DNA of 64,000 nt from an uncultured Gammaproteobacteria bacterium (GTDB taxonomy: Bacteria > Patescibacteriota > Patescibacteriia > CAZSQN01). The stretch covers positions 278,117 through 342,116 of the forward strand of contig CAZSQN010000001.1 in the NCBI GenBank assembly GCA_964609095.1, in the 5' to 3' direction. The notes beneath the pieces are model-generated. The model did no database searches. It was not told the origin of the DNA and saw only the letters and a list, made by a program, of their open reading frames with translations. A program made the translations under genes and the position numbers. Positions 36,685 to 44,610 of this stretch are shown here, in pieces (position 1 is the stretch's first letter; every line of letters begins with the position of its first letter).

Positions 36685-37950
36685 ATGCCTAACAATAAAA
36701 TCAAAGAAGTCAGGGCGCGGGAGATTCTTGATTCGCGCGGCAATCCCACGATTGAAGTAAAAGTTGTTTTAAGTTCGGGTGTCATCGGCGTTGCGTCAGT
36801 GCCGTCAGGCGCCAGTACAGGCGCCCATGAGGCATTGGAGCTGCGCGATAATGATAAATCCAGATTTGAGGGAAAAGGGGTATTAAAAGCAGTGCGGAAT
36901 GTTAACACTGTTATTGCTAAAACATTAAAAGGGGTAGAAGCAACCCGTCAGGCGGACATTGACCATGTGATGCTGGAGCTTGACGGCACGGAAAACAAAT
37001 CAAAATTGGGAGCTAATGCCATTTTAGGCGTGTCGCTGGCCGTCGCGCGCGCTGGAGCAGAGGCAAATAATTTGCCTTTGTATAAATATCTGCGAAAGAG
37101 CTATAAGCTAAAAGCTAAAAGCTATAAGCTGCCGATTCCAATGATGAATATCCTAAACGGCGGACGGCACGCGGACTGGGCGCTGGATATTCAGGAGTGC
37201 ATGATTATGCCCCAGATGCCCAAATTCCGCGACCGGGTGCGGGCCGGAGCGGAAATTTTTCACGCGCTGGGAAAGGTTTTGCGTTCTTCCGGCTATAAAA
37301 CATTGGTTGGCGATGAAGGCGGATACGCGCCTGAATTGTCTAAAAATGAAGAATCCTTCCGCCTTATCGGGCAGGCCATCACGGAGGCGGGTTACAGGCC
37401 GAAAGCGGATGTGGCTTTGGGCATAGACGCGGCTGCTTCGGAATTTTATGAAGAATCTTCCGGCCTTTATCATATGAAGCGCGACGGGAAAAGTTTGCGC
37501 GCCCCGGAACTCCTGGAGGTCTACAAATTATGGATAGAAAAGTATCCGCTGGTCTTAATTGAAGACGGCTTTGCCGAGGATGATTGGAGCAACTGGGTTT
37601 ATTTAACCCGCGAACTTGGGAAAAAAGTTAATTTGGTCGGCGATGATTTGTTTGTTACTAACGTAAATCGGCTGAAAAAGGGGATTGAGATGAAAATAGG
37701 AAACGCGATTTTGATAAAAGTAAATCAGATCGGTTCGCTTACGGAAACAATAGACGCCATAACTTTGGCGCAAAAAAATGGATACAAAATCGCGGTCTCG
37801 CATCGTTCCGGCGAAACTTGCGATACTTTTATCGCGGATCTGGCCGTAGCCGTTGGCGCGGAATACATAAAAACCGGCTCGCTTTCGCGAAGCGAGCGGG
37901 TGGAGAAGTACAACCGGCTGATGGAGATAGAGGACGAGACGGGAAGATAA
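36685..37950 (+). CDS. eno: Enolase
   Basis: [12 protein letters not shown]...[15 protein letters not shown] is canonical enolase. It contains an in-frame tandem duplication [11 protein letters not shown] at about 37098-37131. Confidence 0.95.
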   Translation: MPNNKIKEVRAREILDSRGNPTIEVKVVLSSGVIGVASVPSGASTGAHEALELRDNDKSRFEGKGVLKAVRNVNTVIAKTLKGVEATRQADIDHVMLELDGTENKSKLGANAILGVSLAVARAGAEANNLPLYKYLRKSYKLKAKSYKLPIPMMNILNGGRHADWALDIQECMIMPQMPKFRDRVRAGAEIFHALGKVLRSSGYKTLVGDEGGYAPELSKNEESFRLIGQAITEAGYRPKADVALGIDAAASEFYEESSGLYHMKRDGKSLRAPELLEVYKLWIEKYPLVLIEDGFAEDDWSNWVYLTRELGKKVNLVGDDLFVTNVNRLKKGIEMKIGNAILIKVNQIGSLTETIDAITLAQKNGYKIAVSHRSGETCDTFIADLAVAVGAEYIKTGSLSRSERVEKYNRLMEIEDETGR

Positions 37951-38115
37951 AAATAACATTCTAATATTCTGCAGAATGTTTGAATATCGGGAGATAGCAA
38001 AAACTTTTATATAAGAAGAAGACGGTTGCCTTGACTTGGCGGCTGTTTTTTGTTTAAGTACATTTACGTCCTTTGACAACAAGGCGCTGGATGCAAACAA
38101 GGAAAGGAGCAAAGC

Positions 38116-39048
38116 ATGAGGTACGTTATCTTGAGGTCTGGCGGAAGAGCTGTTCCGTCAATCACTGCCGATGAATTCAAGGCCTTATTGCCCGCAATTT
38201 GCGACAGGGAAACATCCCAGGATGCCGAGCATTGGACGCCGGAGAATCCCTTAGTCGGCCATTGCGCTGTTGTTTCGCTTGTGGCCCAGAATCTTTTCGG
38301 TGGAGAATTGCTCCGCGGATCGCTTCTGGAGGTGCCAGGTTTTGAGTATATGCGGTCTCACTACTGGAATCGGCTTGCTGACGGGACGGTTGAAGATTTC
38401 ACCAAGCCACAGTTTGGAGATAAGTATCCGGAAGGGCTAAAGTCAGAGCCAAAAGACCGTTCTTACGTTCTTTTTGATCCTAAAACCGGCGCGCCCAGAG
38501 AAATCATGAAGCGCTATAAGCTCCTTGCTTGGCGGCTGGCTAAAGCGCTAAGCGGCGGCAATCCGCTTTTTGAAGATGGTTATTACCGCCAATGTTTTGA
38601 CGCGGCTTTGGATTCACCTTGCCAAAAGATGAAGTTCGGGTGCGTGATTACCCATGGTGGCTATCACGTGATTTATAAAGGATGTAATGAAACCATTCCG
38701 GGACTCAAGACGCTTTGCGAGCCAAAGTGTATTCGGTTTGGTATTGCTTCCAGAACCGAGTCCATGCTTGGCGCTTGCGGCCATGCTGAAGAAAGAGGCA
38801 TCTGGACAATTGTGGGACAGGGAAGGCCGCTTGCCGGTTGCAAGCTCTATGTGGCGGGTTTTTACCCCAATGGGCTTCCTTGGATTAAAGAGCGTGCCGA
38901 GCATACTTGCCTCCGTTGCGCGGTGCAGATGAACTATGCCGGACTTGACGCGGTTGTCGTTCCTACGGTTATCGGTTGGGTAAGCATGACTACTGCAGTA
39001 GCGCTGGAAACGGCGCTCGCTTACGCCACCGGAGAGAAAAAGGTCTGA
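38116..39048 (+). CDS. Two-domain protein: uncharacterised N-terminal domain fused to a CMP/dCMP-deaminase-like zinc domain
   Basis: The C-terminal half has deaminase-fold motifs FGCVITHGGYHVIYKGCNE, CGHAEE (H-A-E) and HTCLRCA (CxxC). No family was recognised for residues 1-150. Confidence 0.55.
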   Translation: MRYVILRSGGRAVPSITADEFKALLPAICDRETSQDAEHWTPENPLVGHCAVVSLVAQNLFGGELLRGSLLEVPGFEYMRSHYWNRLADGTVEDFTKPQFGDKYPEGLKSEPKDRSYVLFDPKTGAPREIMKRYKLLAWRLAKALSGGNPLFEDGYYRQCFDAALDSPCQKMKFGCVITHGGYHVIYKGCNETIPGLKTLCEPKCIRFGIASRTESMLGACGHAEERGIWTIVGQGRPLAGCKLYVAGFYPNGLPWIKERAEHTCLRCAVQMNYAGLDAVVVPTVIGWVSMTTAVALETALAYATGEKKV

Positions 39049-39062
39049 GAAAGAGGAAAGAA

Positions 39063-39491
39063 ATGAAAAAGCAAATCATGAAAGGCGTCTTTGACGCATT
39101 GCTCACCGTTGGTGTCTTTTGGGCAAGCGGATTTCTCGGTAAAGCTTCGTACTCTATACTCGGGTCGCCTTTTGTTTATTGGCTGATTGTAATGGCCGGA
39201 GTGGGATTTTGGGGAGGAAATTTCCTACGAATCGGCATTAAGGCCATTAAAGATGCGAACTTTTTGCTGGCAGTAAGGGCAGTAGTTTTCGTGCTAAGCT
39301 TTTGCGTTTTGGTTAATCTTTTGACAGGTGTCTTGCGCCTTGATTATCCAACGAGTAATGTTCGGTGTTCCGACGCCGGTGTGCTTATCGGCTATTTCGG
39401 AATTCTCCTTGTATTGGGTTTCTCCCCATTGTTCTTTGCGAAGAAAAACTTAAAGACGGTTGCCCGTCTTGCCAAGCTCAATTCCAGATAA
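39063..39491 (+). CDS. Hypothetical integral membrane protein
   Basis: It has 4 predicted TM helices. The start was set to the ATG after the SD (gaaagaggaaagaaATG). Confidence 0.5.
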   Translation: MKKQIMKGVFDALLTVGVFWASGFLGKASYSILGSPFVYWLIVMAGVGFWGGNFLRIGIKAIKDANFLLAVRAVVFVLSFCVLVNLLTGVLRLDYPTSNVRCSDAGVLIGYFGILLVLGFSPLFFAKKNLKTVARLAKLNSR

Positions 39492-39601
39492 TTAATACGG
39501 TTTCGGCCGTATTTTTTTTTTATCACGGCTGGGAAAAATGCGGGATTTTATTGCCAGCCGGCGGAATTTTTGGCATACTGAAACGGTATAATATAAGGAG
39601 T

Positions 39602-41185
39602 ATGACTAATGAAAAACGGCCAAAACCGGTTGTTCTGATTATTTTAGACGGCTGGGGAGTGGCGCCGCCGCATGAAGGCAATGCCATTGCCCGAGCCAAG
39701 AAGCCGCGCATGGACGCGTTTGTCAGCGCTTATCCGGCTATGACATTGATTGCTTCTTCCAGAGAAGTCGGCTTGGATTGGGGCAAAATGGGCAACTCCG
39801 AGGTGGGGCACTTGAACATCGGCGCCGGCCGCGTCTATTATCAAACCTTGCCGCGCATCAATCGCGATATTGAAGTGGGAGAGTTTGCGCAAAATCAGGC
39901 TTTTCTCTCCGCGCTTGATCACGCGAAGAACAATAAATCCAAACTTCATCTGATCAGCTTGGTTTCCGCCGGAGGGGTGCATTCCTCCCTTGAGCATCTT
40001 TTTGAGCTGCTGCTGTTTTGCAAGAAAAATAAATTTTCCAATGTTTTTGTGCAGGCGATTTTAGACGGCCGCGATACTATCTACAATACGGGCATTGATT
40101 TTGTAATGGCGCTTGAGGCAAAAATGAAAGAGTTAAAAGTCGGCAAAATCGCCACTCTCTCCGGCCGCTATTACGCCATGGATCGCGATAATCGCTGGGA
40201 CAGGGTAAACGCGGTTTACGCGGCCATGGCCGACGGGGTCGGGGCAATCGCCGATTCGGCGGTCGCCGCGATTGAAGCGTCTTACGCTAATAAAGTTTAT
40301 GACGAGGAATTTGTTCCGACTGTCATCGCTCCTCGCGGCGTTCCGGCGGCAAAAGTTGAAGACGGGGACGCGGCGATTTTTGTAAACTTCCGTCCGGACA
40401 GGGCGCGGCAGCTCACGCGCGCTTTTGTGATGCCGAATTTTACGAGCTTTTCTCGCCGGCAAATTTCCAATTTGTATTTTGTCACCATGACTGAATATGA
40501 GCATGGTTTGCCCGTGACGGTCGCTTATCCGCCGGAAGTGATTGCCACCAACTTGGCGCAAGTGATTTCGGAAAACGGATTAAAACAGCTGCACATCGCG
40601 GAAACGGAAAAGTACGCCCATGTCACCTTTTTCTTAAACGGGACGATAGAAGAGCCGTATAAAAATGAAGATAGGGCGATTGTTCCTTCCCCGCGCGTTT
40701 CTTCCTACGACCAAAAACCGGAAATGAGCGCGCCCGAGATTGCCAAACGGGTGGTCAAAGAAATTAACGCCGATAAATATGATTTTATCGCGCTGAATTT
40801 TGCCAACGCCGATATGGTGGGGCACACCGGTTCCATAGAAGCCACGATTAAAGGTATTGAAGCAACTGACGCGGCTATCGGCGAGATAGTTGATGCCGCG
40901 CTGGCCCATGACGGCGTGGCGCTTATTACCGCCGACCATGGCAACGGCGAAGAGGTAACGAATCTGCAGACGGGCGAGATTGATAAAGAGCATTCCACAA
41001 ATCCCGTTCCGTTTATTATCATAGGCAGGCAGTGGGAAGGTCAGACCGGCGGCGCGGTTGAAGCGGTGGGCGGGGACTTGTCTTTGACTCCACCGGTAGG
41101 CATGCTGGCAGACGTGGCACCCACGGTTTTAAAAATTATGGGCCTGCCCCAGCCGGAAGAGATGACCGGCAGAGCGCTGATTTAA
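39602..41185 (+). CDS. gpmI: 2,3-bisphosphoglycerate-independent phosphoglycerate mutase
   Basis: VVLIILDGWG...; SEVGHLNIGAGR; and a C-terminal metal-binding region (ITADHGN) are canonical iPGM. The SD aaggag precedes the ATG at 39602. Confidence 0.9.
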   Translation: MTNEKRPKPVVLIILDGWGVAPPHEGNAIARAKKPRMDAFVSAYPAMTLIASSREVGLDWGKMGNSEVGHLNIGAGRVYYQTLPRINRDIEVGEFAQNQAFLSALDHAKNNKSKLHLISLVSAGGVHSSLEHLFELLLFCKKNKFSNVFVQAILDGRDTIYNTGIDFVMALEAKMKELKVGKIATLSGRYYAMDRDNRWDRVNAVYAAMADGVGAIADSAVAAIEASYANKVYDEEFVPTVIAPRGVPAAKVEDGDAAIFVNFRPDRARQLTRAFVMPNFTSFSRRQISNLYFVTMTEYEHGLPVTVAYPPEVIATNLAQVISENGLKQLHIAETEKYAHVTFFLNGTIEEPYKNEDRAIVPSPRVSSYDQKPEMSAPEIAKRVVKEINADKYDFIALNFANADMVGHTGSIEATIKGIEATDAAIGEIVDAALAHDGVALITADHGNGEEVTNLQTGEIDKEHSTNPVPFIIIGRQWEGQTGGAVEAVGGDLSLTPPVGMLADVAPTVLKIMGLPQPEEMTGRALI

Positions 41186-41206
41186 AAAAATTATTTGCAT
41201 TAATCT

Positions 41207-41224
41207 CTTAGTCGTGCGACTAAG
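41207..41224. promoter_or_regulatory. 18-bp perfect palindrome (cttagtcgtgcgactaag), likely ArsR-family operator
   Basis: It lies 40 bp upstream of the arsR-like gene. A partial inverted copy (gtcgcacgactaaga) sits at 41547-41562 after the gene. Confidence 0.5.
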
Positions 41225-41265
41225 CGACTATCTTTCAGCGATGGTTTGTATTAAGATAATTTTCT

Positions 41266-41526
41266 ATGCGTGAAACAACCAAATGTCTTAAAGCTCTTGC
41301 CAATGAACGGCGTCTTAAGATTTTGCGCGAGCTCGCCAAACACGAACCGCTAATCATTAACGAGATCGCAGATCGCATCGGCCTTTCTCTAAAAAGCACC
41401 TCCAAGCATATCCAAAAGCTTACCGGCTGCAATATGATTGAACGAGAGCAAAAATCGCTTCAAGTATATTGTTATCTAAATCGCAAGCATGCCATGTTGC
41501 GCTCTCTGCTTAATCATTTAAATTAA
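41266..41526 (+). CDS. ArsR/SmtB-family transcriptional regulator
   Basis: An 86-aa protein with a winged HTH (LKALANERRLKILRELAKHEPLIINEIADRIGLSLKSTSKHIQKL). Confidence 0.8.
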   Translation: MRETTKCLKALANERRLKILRELAKHEPLIINEIADRIGLSLKSTSKHIQKLTGCNMIEREQKSLQVYCYLNRKHAMLRSLLNHLN

Positions 41527-41574
41527 ATTTTTTTAATACTCTCCTGGTCGCACGACTAAGAGAGTATTAAAAAT

Positions 41575-41600
41575 AAAAAATCCCGCTTAAGGCGGGATTT
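41575..41600. terminator. Bidirectional rho-independent terminator
   Basis: The sequence aaaaaatcccgcttaaggcgggattt lies between convergent genes. Confidence 0.7.
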
Positions 41601-42060
41601 ATTCGTGAGAACAGGACCAGCCGCGGTAATCGCAAAGGTAAAATTCGCGGCAATCAGCCATATTTTTGTGGCAGCCGCGCCTGTCGGCTTGCGGGCAGTA
41701 GTAGGGGTGGCTTGGCGGGCAGGCGAAAAACATATTATTGCAGCAGTTGGCCATATCCTCCACGGAGAGGCAGCGATGGAGATTGCCGCCGCATTCAAAT
41801 ACCGGTTCGTCGCAATCCACCTCCGTGCTCCAGCAGCCGCCGTCCCCGCAATCCTGCGCGTAATCCTTCCGCAAACCTTCAATGGCGCAAATCGTTTCCT
41901 GGTATCTTGATGATTCAAAACCCGCCGGAGAAGGGCTGCTTCGTAGGCGCGTTTCTCCTTGATATTGTTCGTCCCAGCTGTGAAGATGATCCATATCGGC
42001 AGGAGTGCCAGCTGTGCACGATGCGAACAAAATAGAAAGAGCGATTCCCGCATATTTCAT
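41599..42060 (-). CDS. Secreted cysteine-rich protein (about 20 Cys), hypothetical
   Basis: It has a strong SD (aaggaggtcagATG) and a signal peptide MKYAGIALSILFASCTA. Confidence 0.55.
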   Translation of the reverse strand: MKYAGIALSILFASCTAGTPADMDHLHSWDEQYQGETRLRSSPSPAGFESSRYQETICAIEGLRKDYAQDCGDGGCWSTEVDCDEPVFECGGNLHRCLSVEDMANCCNNMFFACPPSHPYYCPQADRRGCHKNMADCREFYLCDYRGWSCSHE

Positions 42061-42180
42061 CTGACCTCCTTATAGGGGAGGCGGCAACTGTATCATTTTT
42101 TTTCAAAACTGTCTAGCCGTTAGCGCGTTTTTATTTTAAGTGGTAAAATTAAACTATAATTCATTTTTTAAATAGATTTT

Positions 42181-42570
42181 ATGAATAAGTTTTTTTTAGT
42201 TTTAGGCGCGTTAATTCTTTTTGGCGGCGGCTGCGCTCTTGCTCCGCAAGCTCGGCGCGAATCTCCGCCTGTTGCCGCAGAAAGCAAAACCGGAAATGAG
42301 GTTATGGTAGAGATGACGGCCAATGGCTTTAATCCGCCGGCGTTTGATATTCAAGTCGGCACGACTGTTAAGTTTGTAAATAAAGACACGGTTGCGCACT
42401 GGCCGGCTTCCGGAGTCCATCCGACCCACCAACTTTGCCCGGGCTTTGACGCGCTCAAACCTATTCCGCCGGGCGAATCATATTCATTTACATTTACGGT
42501 TGCCAAAACCTGCCCGATGCATGACCACTTGAATCCGGGCACGCGCGGCAGTATTACTATTGGAGAATAA
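42181..42570 (+). CDS. Cupredoxin-like lipoprotein (putative copper-binding)
   Basis: It has a lipobox (LILFGGGCA), a beta-sandwich cupredoxin pattern, and candidate copper ligands H...C-P-M-H-D-H near the C-terminus. Confidence 0.5.
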   Translation: MNKFFLVLGALILFGGGCALAPQARRESPPVAAESKTGNEVMVEMTANGFNPPAFDIQVGTTVKFVNKDTVAHWPASGVHPTHQLCPGFDALKPIPPGESYSFTFTVAKTCPMHDHLNPGTRGSITIGE

Positions 42571-42608
42571 AATTATGGCTGATGTGAAAAGCGTATAGAA
42601 AACCAAAC

Positions 42609-42827
42609 ATGAAGATTTTTGTTGCCGCAAAACCAAGCGCGAAAGAAGAAAAGGTGGAAGCGATTGACGAAAATCATTTTAGAATTGCGGTTAAAGAGCC
42701 GCCGTCGCAAGGAAAAGCCAATGAAGCCATTATCAAGGCGGTTGCTCGCCATTTTGGCATTTCCGCGCAAAGGGTCAGGATTGTAGCCGGAGCAAGTTCG
42801 CGAAATAAAATGCTGGAAATTGTATGA
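42609..42827 (+). CDS. YggU/DUF167-family protein
   Basis: The sequence resembles the DUF167 pattern (HFRIAVKEPPSQGKANEAIIKAVARHFGISAQRVRIVAGASSRNK). Confidence 0.75.
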   Translation: MKIFVAAKPSAKEEKVEAIDENHFRIAVKEPPSQGKANEAIIKAVARHFGISAQRVRIVAGASSRNKMLEIV

Positions 42828-42945
42828 CCCCGCACATAACAATTGTTTATTATCGGCACAATGCGGGAAAGTAAAAGGTTAAGATATTATAATGTGCCCA
42901 GCGCATAATTCGTTATGTGCTGGGTTAAGTAAATTATGTGCGGGG
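42828..42945. mobile_element. Palindromic element family B, copy 2
   Basis: ccccgcacataac ... cccagcgcataattcgttatgtgctggg ... attatgtgcggggtATG. The right end provides the SD-like gcgggg and the ATG of the downstream gene. Confidence 0.6.
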
Positions 42946-42946
42946 T

Positions 42947-43231
42947 ATGACGGGCAAAATTAGAATTTTAGTCGTTATTTTTGTTTTGGCGGCCGTTGCC
43001 GTATCAAGTTGGCTTTATTTTGGCGCGAAAAAGGTTGTGATAGAGAAAGAGGAGTGCAAGCCAACCGGATGTTCGCGGCAGGTTTGCAGCGACGAAGAAG
43101 TTATTACCACCTGCGAGTATAAAAGCGAGTATGCGTGTTATAAAACCGCTAAATGCGAGAGGCAATCAGACGGCAAATGCGGCTGGAGCGAAAGCGAAGA
43201 GTTGCGCGCTTGTTTAGGAAGCTCTGGATAA
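42947..43231 (+). CDS. Small secreted Cys-rich protein, hypothetical
   Basis: The ATG sits inside the family B element end (tgtgcggggtATGacg). It has a signal/TM sequence and 8 Cys residues. Confidence 0.5.
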   Translation: MTGKIRILVVIFVLAAVAVSSWLYFGAKKVVIEKEECKPTGCSRQVCSDEEVITTCEYKSEYACYKTAKCERQSDGKCGWSESEELRACLGSSG

Positions 43232-44407
43232 CCATTCATTCTTAAATTCCAAAAATTTTCCGCCGCGGATGGCCGTGCGGATTTTTTTTATTAAATTGAG
43301 CATGAAGGCGAGATTGTGAACCGTTGCCAGCCGGTAATAGGTAAGTTCTTTGGAGATAAAAAGGTGCCGCAGATAGGCGCGGGAGTAGCGCGAACAGGTT
43401 AAACAAGAACATTCGTTGTCAACGGGCGTTGTGTCCTCGGCATATTGAAGATTGCCAATATCAATCCTGAATTTATTTTTAGCTCCTGCGGCGCGGCAGT
43501 AGAGCGAGCCGTTTCGCGCAAGCCGAGTTGGCGCCACGCAGTCAAACATATCAATGCCTTGCTCTATCACGGTAAAAAAATCTTCAGGCGAGGCGCCTAC
43601 GCCCATGGTGTAGAGAGGTTTATTTTTGGGCAGAATCGGCTCAATCCATTCCAGCACTTCGCGCGTTTTTTTCATATTAAATCCGGTTGTTTCTCCGCCA
43701 ATGGCAATGCCGTCAAAGGGGAGCGAGGTGATGAATTTGGCAGATTCTTGCCGCAAATTTTTATAAATGCTTCCTTGGATAATACCAAAAAGAAATTGTT
43801 TGTGATTGGGAGCGCGAGTTCCGGCAAGATGAGCGTTTAAAGATTGCTGCGCCCATCTGTGTGTGCGTTCCATTGCCAGCCGCGCCTCTGCTTCGTTGGA
43901 AAAATCAGAGGTGCATTGGTCAAAAGCCATAATAATATCCGCGCCGAGCTGGTGCTGAATTTCTATTGCTCTTTCCGGATTAAAGCGGTGCGTAGAACCA
44001 TCTATATGCGAACGGAAGGTGACGCCTTCGTCATCAATTTGAGATAAGCCGTGGTCTGTTTTGGGATCCAAATCGTCGCTGGCTTCCGGCCTGGATTTCT
44101 GTCCCAAACTCCAGACCTGGAATCCGCCGGAGTCGGTCAAAATGGCGCGGTTCCAGTCCATAAATTTGTGCAGTCCGCCGAGCTTTTCAATTCTATCCGC
44201 GCCGGGACGCAAATGCAGGTGGTAGGTATTAGCCAAAATAATTTCCGCGTCTAATGCCTCTATATCGGCGGAGTCAAGTGATTTTATAGCGGCGGCGGTG
44301 CCCACCGGCATAAAAATAGGCGTTTTCACATCGCCATGGTCCGTGCGCAAAATACCCGTGCGGGCTAGAGTATTTTTATCTGTTGATGTTATTTCGAAGA
44401 ATTTCAT
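43214..44407 (-). CDS. tgt: Queuine tRNA-ribosyltransferase
   Basis: It has a TIM-barrel Tgt sequence and a C-terminal zinc site (CSCLTCSRYSRAYLRHL). The start was set to the internal Met (MKFFEITS). Confidence 0.9.
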   Translation of the reverse strand: MKFFEITSTDKNTLARTGILRTDHGDVKTPIFMPVGTAAAIKSLDSADIEALDAEIILANTYHLHLRPGADRIEKLGGLHKFMDWNRAILTDSGGFQVWSLGQKSRPEASDDLDPKTDHGLSQIDDEGVTFRSHIDGSTHRFNPERAIEIQHQLGADIIMAFDQCTSDFSNEAEARLAMERTHRWAQQSLNAHLAGTRAPNHKQFLFGIIQGSIYKNLRQESAKFITSLPFDGIAIGGETTGFNMKKTREVLEWIEPILPKNKPLYTMGVGASPEDFFTVIEQGIDMFDCVAPTRLARNGSLYCRAAGAKNKFRIDIGNLQYAEDTTPVDNECSCLTCSRYSRAYLRHLFISKELTYYRLATVHNLAFMLNLIKKIRTAIRGGKFLEFKNEWLSRAS

Positions 44408-44610
44408 AAAGTTGAATAGTATCATTAAAAAGCTATTAAAGCAAGCACGGAGTCCGCGGTTTCGTGGAATTTTATAATAAGGAAAGATCTGTGGATAAAG
44501 TCGGTCCTTTTATTAAAATAATCGTCTGACAAAGACATTTTTAGCTGATTATTTGCTATAAATTTTAGAAAATGATATATTTTAAAAAATAATAAATTAT
44601 TTTTTAATTT

